From Nitrososphaeria archaeon (GTDB lineage: Archaea; Thermoproteota; Nitrososphaeria; JACIWG01): a DNA stretch of 44,359 nt. The notes under the pieces were generated by a model. The model saw nothing but the letters and a program-made list of their open reading frames with translations. It had not been told where the DNA came from and ran no database searches. This document shows positions 1-9,500 of the stretch, one piece after another; the first letter of the stretch is position 1; each line of letters opens with the position of its first letter. The stretch is taken from assembly GCA_029776125.1 (NCBI GenBank), contig JARVJS010000021.1, positions 1-44,359 on the forward strand, written 5' to 3'. The position numbers and the translations under genes are program-made.

Positions 1-42
1 AAAAATAAAAACTGAGACTGTAAAAGTAAAACATTTTTACCT

Positions 43-1131
43 TTAAACTCTTTTAATATATCCATCCTTTATCTGCTCCCTTAAAAACAAAATGTTCTTT
101 TTTAAAAAGTCTGTTACTCTTTCTTTAAGAGGAATTTTAATTTTTAAAATGTTTTGGTTCTGTTTTATTCGGGCAATCTCTGCTATTGCCTCCAATGCGT
201 TAATCCTTTGCCCTGTTATAAGGCTTACATACATGGGATAGACAAAATAAGTTGCATAAACAAGTTGCTCAAGAGTAAGATCATTTGTTCTTCTTTCAAT
301 TGCGTATATATCCTCTGTAAGCCCCCAACCTGCATAAAAAGGTTGTCCATAACATACAACCTTTTTGTACTGTAGCAATGCTTCAAATCCAAAGAGAGAG
401 GTCATTGTGTGTATTTCATCGGCATGCTTAATGAGGCTAAAGGTGGAAAAATTTTCCACCACCTCATCGGCATATTCATAATACTGTTTTTTGTTGGTAT
501 TGTTAACTCTACAGTGTCTGTAAATATCAGGATGAACCTTAAATACAACATAAGCATCGGGATTTCTCTTCCTTACTTCTTTAAGTAAGGTGAGGTTATC
601 TTTAACTACAGGACTACCATACTGAACAGATTTATCGTGCTCTACCTGACCAGGAACTACTATTATTTTTTTATTTACTTTTACATTCCACTCATTTTCA
701 TTGAGATTGTATTTGTTTATCTGATGAAGCCTTATCAGGTTAATTATTTTTCTTGCAGTTTGTTCAATTGTCTCTGAATTTTCTAATCCATTTAGTATAT
801 ACTCAAGTCTGCTTTCAGAGGTTGAGTCAAAGTAAATCCCTAAATCATCAAAAACCAAAGATATAGGTATTGTATGCTCTGCACCAAGCCCTACTGAACG
901 AACAAAGCCATCCTCCACGCTTATTACATTAAGCCCTTTCATTTTTGGTAAATTGTATTGTTGTCTTACAGACCAAACAAGCAAGTTAATTTCACCATGT
1001 TTGTCAATCATTCTTTTGACCTGTTTTAAAGAATTTAAATTACTCTTTAGGTTTACAAATCTGCTAACTATGTACTGTTTCCAAGAATTAAACTGATAAG
1101 AGTAGGTATTAATGTTGTCCTGATAAAACAA
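43..1131 (-). CDS. Capsule polysaccharide biosynthesis protein, KpsC/KpsS (Capsule_synth) family, beta-Kdo-transferase-like
   Basis: 362-aa ORF. The blocks VEDGFVRSVGLG, DDLGIYFDSTSESRLE, VVPGQVEHDKS, KVHPD and GQPFYAGWGLTED match the conserved KpsC/KpsS blocks as I remember them. Its start overlaps the stop of the upstream GT gene. Confidence 0.7.
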   Translation of the reverse strand: MFYQDNINTYSYQFNSWKQYIVSRFVNLKSNLNSLKQVKRMIDKHGEINLLVWSVRQQYNLPKMKGLNVISVEDGFVRSVGLGAEHTIPISLVFDDLGIYFDSTSESRLEYILNGLENSETIEQTARKIINLIRLHQINKYNLNENEWNVKVNKKIIVVPGQVEHDKSVQYGSPVVKDNLTLLKEVRKRNPDAYVVFKVHPDIYRHCRVNNTNKKQYYEYADEVVENFSTFSLIKHADEIHTMTSLFGFEALLQYKKVVCYGQPFYAGWGLTEDIYAIERRTNDLTLEQLVYATYFVYPMYVSLITGQRINALEAIAEIARIKQNQNILKIKIPLKERVTDFLKKNILFLREQIKDGYIKRV

Positions 1132-2392
1132 AGCCTCTATTTACCTCCTTTGGAAAAATCTGGCTTGATGGCTCAATTAACCTATGTTTTTGCAGGATTT
1201 CTCTTAATTTATAAAAGTGATAATTCCAACTGTATTTTGCAAGGTATTGTAGATTTCTTTTCTTTTTCTGTATTTGTTCTGCAATAAAAGTATCTTTACC
1301 TTTCAATGATACCTGTAAAACTGTATCAACCCAATCAGTAGCATCATTCCAACTACAGTAAAAAGGTATATCTTTAAAAAGTTCTACAAAGGTAGCAATA
1401 TTACTGCATACTACAGGTATATCAAGCATAATTGCTTCAAGAACAGGAAGACCAAAACCCTCATCTACAGAAGGCATAAGTAATGCCTGAGAATTTTTTA
1501 GTATGGTTTTAAGTTCAGGATCACTACAATTATTAATTTCTTTTACAAAAGGTGAAATGTTACTTCTTTCAATAAAATCTACTACTTGCTCATTTTCCCA
1601 CCCTCTACGACCAATGAGAACTAACTGAGGCGTTCTTTCTCTTAATAAGGCATAAAGAGTTTTCCAAGCGTAAAATAAAATAAGATGATTTTTTCTTGGT
1701 TCAATTGTGGAAAGAACTACAAAATACTGTTCTTTAAAACCATATTTTTCTTTTAGTAAAGAAAAATCTGTTTCAGGTATGTTTATTAGTTCTGATGATA
1801 ATCCAAGATAATTAACTACTATTTTTTCTGTGTCTACAGGTATTTTTAAATTTGTATTTGCATAGTCTATAAGTTTTTGTCTTGTTTGTTCTGAATTAGT
1901 GAGTATTAAATCGTGCAACAGTAATATATTTTCTATCCTCTGTTTATGCTTTTGTCTTTCCTCTGGTCTTGCTAATTCAGGATGCTCAATAGGAATCAGG
2001 TCATGAACCATAAAAATGTTTTTTAAGTCGTATTTTCTTAATGTTTTCGCATATTTTGAACGATTAAGCCCCCCTGAATGGGAAAGATTAAAGAACAGTT
2101 CCTCCTTATTCGGTTTAACCAAATTAAAGGGAAGTAAAATTAGGATTTTTTTCAAACCTTCAACGTCTGAGGTTACAATTTTATCAATCAAGAGAGTAGA
2201 AAATTTTTCGTTTACTACCCATAATTTATTAAATAAATATATGGATACCTTTGTTTTTTCTCTAAAATAAGATAGATACTCTATACATACTCTATCAATG
2301 CCTGTTGGTTGATACCCCTTGAGCGTTCTTCCTATTAGTCTTGTAATGTCAATTATCATTCTATCCACCTTATTTGTTTGTAAGTCTATCAA
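1109..2392 (-). CDS. Glycosyltransferase, GT4/GT1 (GT-B fold) family
   Basis: 427-aa ORF with the C-terminal signature PSVDEGFGLPVLEAIMLDIPVVCSN (the E-x7-E type motif of retaining GT4 enzymes). It overlaps both neighbouring genes, consistent with an operon. Confidence 0.75.
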   Translation of the reverse strand: MIDLQTNKVDRMIIDITRLIGRTLKGYQPTGIDRVCIEYLSYFREKTKVSIYLFNKLWVVNEKFSTLLIDKIVTSDVEGLKKILILLPFNLVKPNKEELFFNLSHSGGLNRSKYAKTLRKYDLKNIFMVHDLIPIEHPELARPEERQKHKQRIENILLLHDLILTNSEQTRQKLIDYANTNLKIPVDTEKIVVNYLGLSSELINIPETDFSLLKEKYGFKEQYFVVLSTIEPRKNHLILFYAWKTLYALLRERTPQLVLIGRRGWENEQVVDFIERSNISPFVKEINNCSDPELKTILKNSQALLMPSVDEGFGLPVLEAIMLDIPVVCSNIATFVELFKDIPFYCSWNDATDWVDTVLQVSLKGKDTFIAEQIQKKKRNLQYLAKYSWNYHFYKLREILQKHRLIEPSSQIFPKEVNRGFVLSGQH

Positions 2393-3503
2393 TCATGAAT
2401 ATTGGTGAAATTGTATTAGTTATAAGATTAAGAAAGTGTTGGTATTGAACAGATGGAGCAGTTGCTACGTATACAATGTCACCGTCTTTAACCATGAAGT
2501 TTTTTGCAGTAAAGAAACTTTCAGGTTTACTTAAATCTAAGTTGTATACAACAGGAATGCCTTTTTGTGTTTCAACTACTTTGTCTATGTTTAACCTGTT
2601 TACTGTATTTTTATCCTCAAACCTAAATATAAACACACCCTTTGCATCGGCTAAATTGGAATTCAATCCACCTGCTCTTGCAAGTAACTGATTTAGGCTA
2701 ATTCCCTTTGCTTCAAACTCTATTTCTTCGTTTTTGCCTGTAGCACCAAGCACAGTGGCAGACTGATTTTTAAATACAACAGTGATTGTATCTTTAGGTG
2801 CAATGTTTAGATTTAGCTCAGGATTTCTTATTATCTCATCTAAAGGTAAGGAAATCTTTTTGTCTGCTCTGTTTATTTGAATTAGTGTTTTTTCTACAGG
2901 AGAAACTACACCACCTGCCTGAGCAAGTATATCAAGTATGGTAGTAGTGTTATAACCAAGTTGCACCTTTTTGCTTTCTTTAACTGCTCCAAACACTGTC
3001 ACATAGGAAGAATCTGCATTAATTTGCCTTACAATCACAGTAGGATTATTGGCTTTCCCTTTAAGAGCACTTTTTATCTCCTCTGAAAGTTGACTTACTG
3101 TTTTGCCTTTTGCAACAACTTGACCTACATAGGGAATGGTTATCGCTCCATCTTCTGTTATTGTCTGCATAGGTATGCTGTAAGCAGTAGATTTTTCTAA
3201 AACAGGTAATAATACAGGAGGATACTGCTCCTGTATTATTACTTCAACGGCATCACCTATGCCAAGACAAGGAGAATATTTGTCCCTTTTAAACTCTGAA
3301 ACAGAGAGGATAAAATTGTTCTCTAATAGAGAAGTAATTTTAGGGTTTAATTCTACTATAGTTATAAATGGTTCGATTTTTTCAGATTTTACCTCTACTG
3401 AAGAGGAATAAACCTGATGAGACATAGGACCTGATTGAGGTAAAAAACCTGAACAACCTGAAAGAAAACAAACTGTTGAAAGTGTAGCAATTATTTTTTT
3501 CAC
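2370..3503 (-). CDS. Polysaccharide export outer-membrane lipoprotein, Wza/KpsD-like (Poly_export + SLBB)
   Basis: 377 aa. Lipobox LSGCSG at the N-terminus. Has the IGDAVEVII-type Poly_export block and repeated SLBB-like segments (VTVFGAV, ATVLGAT, GDIVYV). GTG start at 3503 preceded by AAGGAGG. Confidence 0.75.
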   Translation of the reverse strand: MKKIIATLSTVCFLSGCSGFLPQSGPMSHQVYSSSVEVKSEKIEPFITIVELNPKITSLLENNFILSVSEFKRDKYSPCLGIGDAVEVIIQEQYPPVLLPVLEKSTAYSIPMQTITEDGAITIPYVGQVVAKGKTVSQLSEEIKSALKGKANNPTVIVRQINADSSYVTVFGAVKESKKVQLGYNTTTILDILAQAGGVVSPVEKTLIQINRADKKISLPLDEIIRNPELNLNIAPKDTITVVFKNQSATVLGATGKNEEIEFEAKGISLNQLLARAGGLNSNLADAKGVFIFRFEDKNTVNRLNIDKVVETQKGIPVVYNLDLSKPESFFTAKNFMVKDGDIVYVATAPSVQYQHFLNLITNTISPIFMIDRLTNK

Positions 3504-3523
3504 TTATGCCTCCTTAAAAGTAT

Positions 3524-3555
3524 CTCTATATATAGGGTACATAAATGTATCAAAA
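3524..3555 (-). promoter_or_regulatory. Element promoter-like motif, copy 1 (class A)
   Basis: Transcribed strand reads TTTTGATACATTTATGTACCCTATATATAGAG. It sits 20 nt upstream of the GTG start of the wza-like gene, in the 75-bp gap after the methylase stop. Confidence 0.65.
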
Positions 3556-3578
3556 CAGAAGGAAAGGCTTGATTTTGC

Positions 3579-4817
3579 TTATTTTTTAATTATGAAAAGA
3601 TTTTTAAAATGTTCTAAAATAAGATTTTTTGACTGTTCTAAATCTAAAGAAAATCCTTCAAGGTAGGTTTTTTTGATTAAATCTATTACTTCTTTATCAA
3701 AGTTTTTTAGCGTAGATGAGGTTTGTAGTGCATAATAAACAAATACTGCTTTGTTTCTTTCTAAAAATTCTTTATCAACCAAGGGGGAGAGATTTCCAAA
3801 TAACCACATATATTCTGTTTTAAGAAGTTTTCTAATACAATGTAAATAGGCATATTTATAAAATTCCTCAAGGGTTACAACAACTGAAAAATCGTGTTTT
3901 TTAGCTATAAAAGTTGTATTTCTTTTAACAGAGTTTAAATCCCTAAAGGAATAGTAATAAAGTCCTATAGGAGATTCTTTAAGTAAAGAGTTTTTTCTTG
4001 GTTGATATTTGTTTATGTATCCATCAGTAGTAGGATAACTTTTAAGAATAAACTTTTGGTCTGTATTAAGCAATTCAAACTCAAAGTTTTCTATGTAATC
4101 GTAAGTCATGCCCTTTTCATCTCTTTCATAAAGAGCAATCATAACTGCAAAGGGAGAGGTTCTTGAGGTATATTTAAACATAGTGCTTGGAAATAAAACA
4201 CCTTTGACAAGCTTATAGTTAGAAGTAAAGTCTTTAATCCTTACAAAGTTCCATCTTTTCCCTATGTAAGAAAAAGGATGAACAACACATACTATGTCTG
4301 CTTTTAATTTATTAAAGGCTTTTAAGAAGCATATCCCTATGTCATTATCATAAAGATCAGGATCACAAACAAACTCTCCTTTGCCATTTTTTTTGTAAAC
4401 AGAAGTAATATCATTGTAAGGTGGATTACCTGTTATTATTAAAAAATTATCCTTTGGTATTTTAAATTTACTTCTTTTCACTTTAAGCAAAGAGTTAGTA
4501 TGTATAACCTTGTCTTCATCTAATTGATTTCTTAAGTAGTTAATAACAGAATAATCGTAATCAACTGCTCTGTAGTCGTAATCTCTAAAAGGCAAAATAA
4601 ATGCTCCTGCACCTGCGGAAAGATCTACTACAGTAAAATTTTTATTTTTCAAATAAGGAGTAATATACTCTACTGTTTTTTTTACAATTTCCGGTGGAGT
4701 ATAAAAAGCACCTATTGAGATTTTTTCCTCTTTTGATAGGTGCTTTGCCTGATAAGGAGATACTATTCTGTTATAAAGCAAATAAAACTGTTTAACTGTT
4801 TTATTTGGCATTTTCAC
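3579..4817 (-). CDS. N6-adenine DNA methyltransferase (gamma-class, Eco57I/TaqI-like), no partner nuclease seen
   Basis: 412 aa. Motifs GAFYTPPEIV, VVDLSAGAGAF (AdoMet motif I) and ITGNPPY (motif IV). Its start overlaps the recombinase stop by 17 nt. Confidence 0.8.
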   Translation of the reverse strand: MKMPNKTVKQFYLLYNRIVSPYQAKHLSKEEKISIGAFYTPPEIVKKTVEYITPYLKNKNFTVVDLSAGAGAFILPFRDYDYRAVDYDYSVINYLRNQLDEDKVIHTNSLLKVKRSKFKIPKDNFLIITGNPPYNDITSVYKKNGKGEFVCDPDLYDNDIGICFLKAFNKLKADIVCVVHPFSYIGKRWNFVRIKDFTSNYKLVKGVLFPSTMFKYTSRTSPFAVMIALYERDEKGMTYDYIENFEFELLNTDQKFILKSYPTTDGYINKYQPRKNSLLKESPIGLYYYSFRDLNSVKRNTTFIAKKHDFSVVVTLEEFYKYAYLHCIRKLLKTEYMWLFGNLSPLVDKEFLERNKAVFVYYALQTSSTLKNFDKEVIDLIKKTYLEGFSLDLEQSKNLILEHFKNLFIIKK

Positions 4818-5655
4818 CTTTTGAAAGTTTTTCTAACGCTTCCTTAGCAAGTTGAGGTTTTACTTTTGCGTATCTCATTGTAGTGTTCAAAGACTTGTGC
4901 CCACAAATTTCTGCAATTACTCTTATATCTACACCCTGAGAAAGCAGTTCTGTAGCACAGGAATGCCTAAGCCAATGAGGAGTAATTTCCTCTAACCCTA
5001 CCCTTTGAGCTATTCTTTTCAATTGATTGTAAAGAGTATTATAGGTAAAGGGAAATAATTTGTCTGTGTTTTTATACTTTAATTCGTGATATTTAAAATA
5101 CTGAATAAGAACGATTCTTAATTGTTCTACCACAGGTATATTTCTGTATGTGCCACCTTTTCCTTTTACTTTTATATACAAACTACCATCTATTTCTACA
5201 ATATCTCTTTTACTTAAAGAAAGCAGTTCTCCTGCTCTCATACCTGTGTAGTAAAGCATTTTTATTATTATTTCTTCTTCAATATCTTTACAGACATTAA
5301 ATATGTTTTCAATTTGAGCCTTATTTAAATAGGAAGGAATTTTTTGAGATACCTTTGGTCTTAATATTTTTAAGTCATCTATATCTATGGTCTTTATTTT
5401 ATATATTTGTCTTAAAAACTCTATAAAACCATGAATAGCAGAGAGAGCAACTGCTACAGAGGAACTCAAAGACTGTTTGCTATATAAATAAGATTTATAG
5501 TGCATTATATCCTCAAAGGTTAACTCCTCTACAGACTTGTCTCCTGTAAACCTAATAAGTCCCTCTATAGCACGACTGTAGGTTTTTATAGTAGCCTGAG
5601 ATTTTAAACCTGAAAGATACTGCCTGTATTTCTCTAATGCCTCTGTAAGTTTCAT
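4801..5655 (-). CDS. Tyrosine site-specific recombinase, XerC/XerD-like
   Basis: C-terminal HWLRHSCATELL ... GHKSLNTTMRYAKV (R-H-R-Y catalytic pattern) and an N-terminal SAM-like core-binding region. The ORF is open to 5697, but residues 8-14 (YPIYRD) are just the translated promoter motif. I therefore favour the ATG at 5655 (MKLTEALEKY). Confidence 0.85.
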   Translation of the reverse strand: MKLTEALEKYRQYLSGLKSQATIKTYSRAIEGLIRFTGDKSVEELTFEDIMHYKSYLYSKQSLSSSVAVALSAIHGFIEFLRQIYKIKTIDIDDLKILRPKVSQKIPSYLNKAQIENIFNVCKDIEEEIIIKMLYYTGMRAGELLSLSKRDIVEIDGSLYIKVKGKGGTYRNIPVVEQLRIVLIQYFKYHELKYKNTDKLFPFTYNTLYNQLKRIAQRVGLEEITPHWLRHSCATELLSQGVDIRVIAEICGHKSLNTTMRYAKVKPQLAKEALEKLSKGENAK

Positions 5656-5657
5656 AT

Positions 5658-5689
5658 CTCTATATATAGGGTACATGAATGTATCAGAA
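5658..5689 (-). promoter_or_regulatory. Element promoter-like motif, copy 2 (class A), abutting the recombinase ATG
   Basis: Transcribed strand reads TTCTGATACATTCATGTACCCTATATATAGAG, then AT, then ATG (5655). No Shine-Dalgarno sequence can fit. Confidence 0.6.
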
Positions 5690-5730
5690 TTTTCCATTTT
5701 TTACTAAAAAACGCTTTAAATTCAAAAGGT

Positions 5731-5758
5731 TATCAAAAACCACAAATGGTTTTTGATA
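5731..5758. repeat. 28-bp perfect palindrome TATCAAAAACCA-CAAA-TGGTTTTTGATA (also readable as 11+6+11)
   Basis: Read directly. The 12-bp arms are exact reverse complements. It lies between divergent motif copies 2 and 3, and its right arm supplies the TTGATA of copy 3. Confidence 0.9.
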
Positions 5759-5780
5759 CATTGTGGTACCCTATATATAG
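5751..5780 (+). promoter_or_regulatory. Element promoter-like motif, copy 3 (class A), the only plus-strand copy
   Basis: Plus strand reads TTTTGATACATTGTGGTACCCTATATATAG. It sits 58 nt upstream of the only convincing plus-strand gene (5839). Confidence 0.65.
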
Positions 5781-5838
5781 AAAAAGGGTTCTTGACAGAA
5801 CAAATTAATAGGAGTAAGCTAAAAAAAGGAGGAGTAAG

Positions 5839-6168
5839 ATGAAAAAAATAGCAAAAATTTTAAATACTTTTTTATTATTTATATTTATGACTGTTTTTTT
5901 TACAGTTATGATATTTGGCTTTACAGGTAAAATGGGATTTTCAATTCCAGTTGTTATTTTTATTGAGTTTTTTATTGGATTAATTGGATGGCAAATATTT
6001 AAAAAATTAAAAAAAGAAAATAAAAGTAACATTATAATTACACCTATAAGTTTAGAATCAATCATGGATAAAAAAACAGATTACCACGAAGATGAGGAAG
6101 ACGATCCTTTAGAAATTGGGTCTCTTACATATTGGGTTCAAAATTCTTTTGAACATGATGACAGTTAA
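5839..6168 (+). CDS. Small membrane protein (2 predicted TM helices, acidic C-terminal tail)
   Basis: 109 aa. Strong SD AAAGGAGGAG lies 5-6 nt before the ATG and the gene has its own motif copy upstream. Hydrophobic stretches FLLFIFMTVFFTVMIFGF and IPVVIFIEFFIGLIGW. Tail HEDEEDDPLE. Confidence 0.6.
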   Translation: MKKIAKILNTFLLFIFMTVFFTVMIFGFTGKMGFSIPVVIFIEFFIGLIGWQIFKKLKKENKSNIIITPISLESIMDKKTDYHEDEEDDPLEIGSLTYWVQNSFEHDDS

Positions 6169-6479
6169 ACTAGCAATTTTAAAATTTCATCTTTTTCTTC
6201 TTCCTTAATAGCAGATAAACCATCTATAAAAATTTCTTCTCTTCCTAAATGTTCTGCTATTTTTTCTACATTACTTTTTATCTGAAATAAAAGTGCATCA
6301 AAATCGTTTCTTAACAAAGTTAATTTATCTCCCTCTAAAAAAACCTTTTTATCACATATTATTATATGTGAATACTTTCTGCCTTCATAATTGCCATTTT
6401 TTATTAAAATTTCCTTTTCAATATCTTTATGAATAAATTTTATAATTACATCATGCCCTAAAATTTTAATTTTTATCAT
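6165..6479 (-). CDS. Hypothetical protein, last gene of the traH-traG unit
   Basis: 104 aa. SD AAAGGAGA before the ATG. Starts 32 nt downstream of the traG stop. I recognise no motif. Confidence 0.5.
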   Translation of the reverse strand: MIKIKILGHDVIIKFIHKDIEKEILIKNGNYEGRKYSHIIICDKKVFLEGDKLTLLRNDFDALLFQIKSNVEKIAEHLGREEIFIDGLSAIKEEEKDEILKLLV

Positions 6480-6510
6480 GTTAATCTCCTTTAAATTAAT
6501 TAAAAACTAA

Positions 6511-9500
6511 TTATCTAAATGGAGCTACTTGTCCATGAGCATCCCCCGCAGTTGTAGGATCATACCCTTTTGGCTCAGGAATCCTTTGACCTTTATATGG
6601 ATTATTTGCTCCCATTTCTAATTGTTGAAGGGTAGAAGCTCCACCATAAAACTCAAGTTCTTTATACAAAGCATGCAATTCTTGTGCAAAAAGTTTGTTC
6701 TTTTGTTCAATTGTCAAATTTCTATCTGCCTGAATTTGCTCATATCTTTTAGTTATTCCTAAAGCTAAAGTATTTGCGTTTACCTGTTCTATAGCAGATC
6801 TTTCACCTTTTAAATAAGCCTGATAATCTAAACCACCAGCACTTAAAAATTTTAACAATGTATTTTTGGTCCTTAACTGATGCCCTATTGCGGCAGAATC
6901 TTTCGTTAACTGTTCAAACTTTCCAAATATACCTACCGAATCAGCAGCTTTTATAGCTACTTGCTTACCCATCATTGGGTTATACCACATATCACTATAT
7001 TTTTCTTGTAAAGGTCTCCAGTCTCCTGTAGTTACTATATAAGGCAATTCACTTCCAATATTTACTCTCGTTCCATAATGATGATCTTCTGACCCATGAT
7101 AGTATGTATTATGTGAACCAAACTCGCCCTTGCTTACAGCTTTTGTTATGTTTTCCCACCCTTTTTGATTAGTCCTAAAGTCTTCTTGTTTGAACGTTCC
7201 ACCTGTGCCTGCATGTATAGTAGCTATCTGTCCTGTTGTTGGATCTCTTTCTATTAAAAAAGCAACTGCCCTGCCTTCTTTCATCGCTTTTTCTATTCCA
7301 TCAGCTGTATTCTTAAATTGTGGACCTGCTGCTCTTAACTGCTCAACAATAGGTTTTAACTGTTCCCCTGATAAGGTAAGCATCTGAGAATGCCTCATGC
7401 TATCTTGCATATTAATTCCGCTCTTAGAATCAAAAAATACTAAATTTCCATTTGTATCTAAATATGCATTACCATATCTTGTAACTCCATTGCTATCTGT
7501 AAAAGTTCCTTGTAAAGAAGTAAACTCTTTACCATCCCAACTTCTTATTGTGTTCATTGAACCTGTAAACCTATTCCCACTAACCATTAAATCGTTAACT
7601 GTTTTTTCTATTCTTATTCCACTTCCTGAAATATCAATATTTTCTTTAACAAATGGATCACTTTTTGTTGCCTTTATAAAGAAATTCCCTTGTCCATCTG
7701 TACCATAATCAAGCCTCATACCCGTTTTAAAAACATCAGTATTATACCTTTGATTTAATCTATCAGCCATCTTTTGATCTAAAATTCTACCTTTAGCTTC
7801 AAATTCTGCATATTCTTTTAAAGATTGTCCTAAAGAATCTGCAATAATTTGTTTTCCCTGCACTGTGCCTATTTCTGATTGAGCTCCTGCACTACCTACC
7901 TTGAATGCTGTTCCCATATCTTCATAACCAGAACCATGACCTATCAAACGTGCATGATGATTTTGAGAACTTAAAACTGCTGTTTCATACCCGAACTGAT
8001 TAATTGCATTTAAAGCACCCTCTCCACCGTGAGCTCCGCTAAGTAATTGTCCTTCTGTTGCTCTTGCAATTCTTGATACTCCTAATCTATTTCCAAAACT
8101 TGCACCACCTGCCATTTCTCCTGCCTGCTTTTGAACAAGACCGCTTACTAGATTACTTACTCCTCCTGCAGCAACTAATGCGCTTGCCCAAGTTTGAGTA
8201 GGCATAACTTCGTTTTGTAAAACACCATGTGCATTTCTGAGCACGCTACCACCATACGCTGCACCACTGCTTTGAGGCATGCCTGCAATTGAGCCTGCAA
8301 GCATAGCAAGTGCAGTACCACCAAACTTTATAAGCATGCCTGATATTACAGAGGCAAGCATAAGCCCTGACCACCTTAAAGCACCAAAAGTTGCAGCAAT
8401 TTTACCTGTGTAACCCGGAAATCCAAGCATGGAAACAAAACCCATGTCATCTCCCATTGTTTTAAGTGACTCAGAGTACTGTTGAGCAAGGTCTACGCCA
8501 AAACTATGAATAATTGCATCTATTACTCCCCACAGGGCAAGCCATACAAACATGCCTAAAGTTAATGACAAGGCTCTTCCAACAAAAGGAGTTGCTACAA
8601 AAAGAAGTATTACTGGTGCTATGCTTATAGCAACAGCAGTAAGAGATTCCTTCAAAACAGGTATCCATGAATTTGCATGTATCCCAAGTCCTATAAACTG
8701 AGATTGAGTTTGAGCAGTTGCCATAGATGCAATTGCCATATTTGGAGAACCATTTATAATAACATTTTGAAATATGTCTGCCATTGTTTTTTGTGCTATA
8801 AACAAATTTGTTGTACCTGAAGACCATACAGAAGTTATTACAGAACTTAACAAATTTTTACAGTTTGTTATAGCTGTAGGTGTTGTATAGCCATTGCTTT
8901 TACATAGAGAATTTACATAATTACTTGTAGAACTTGCAGCAGTATTCATTATTGTTAATACCGTTGACGACGCCTCTGAACATGTTTTTGTCTCTCCTTC
9001 TGCTCCAGAATTTTCAGGATAAACTATAGTATAAATATTTGGATTTGCACTTTGACTTATAACGTAATCATATTTTTGCTCTCCACTTGCTATTTTATCT
9101 ATAGATAAAGGGGTTCCATTTCTTAAAAGCTCTACAAAAACACAATCTTTAATGAAGTTTTTTAATGTTGCCGATTGTGAAGGTGTTAATACTTCCTCTC
9201 CTTTTACTCCTTCAAGTAACTTCCAACCTGTTGCACCTGAATTAAGTCTATAATCTGATACAGGATCAGAACTTGTAGATATTATCTCAATAAAACCTTT
9301 TTCAATCTTGTTTAATAATCCTGCACTCATAGCTATTATCTTAGGAATATTACTTACTTGATAAGGACCTCTGTTTAGCTTTTCGTCATATATAGTAATA
9401 GTGTCTTTCGGTGATATGAAGGTTACATACATTACCATACCAATTAAAACCGGCACAGACCAACTAACAGCTGAAGTCCTTGCACCGAATAAAATTCTTA

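Noticed and set aside
3524-3540. Resemblance of CCCTATATATAGAGA to single-subunit phage RNAP promoters (SP6 ...CACTATAGAAGA, T7 ...CACTATAGGGAGA)
   Set aside because: Only a CTATAG(A) core is shared. No phage-type RNAP gene is in the window, and the upstream TTGATAC at -35 distance fits a sigma-dependent promoter better. I keep it only as a remote alternative.
5792-5820. Canonical-looking TTGACA-N17-TAAGCT upstream of the 109-aa plus-strand gene
   Set aside because: The predicted start would fall at or inside the SD (5828-5833), the -10 is weak and the site is unique. It could be a secondary promoter, but I cannot support that from sequence alone.
5805-6065. 86-aa minus-strand ORF antisense to the 109-aa plus-strand gene
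   Set aside because: The plus-strand gene has a strong SD and its own promoter motif. The minus ORF has neither, and its hydrophobic product is a mirror of the AT-rich TM-coding sequence.
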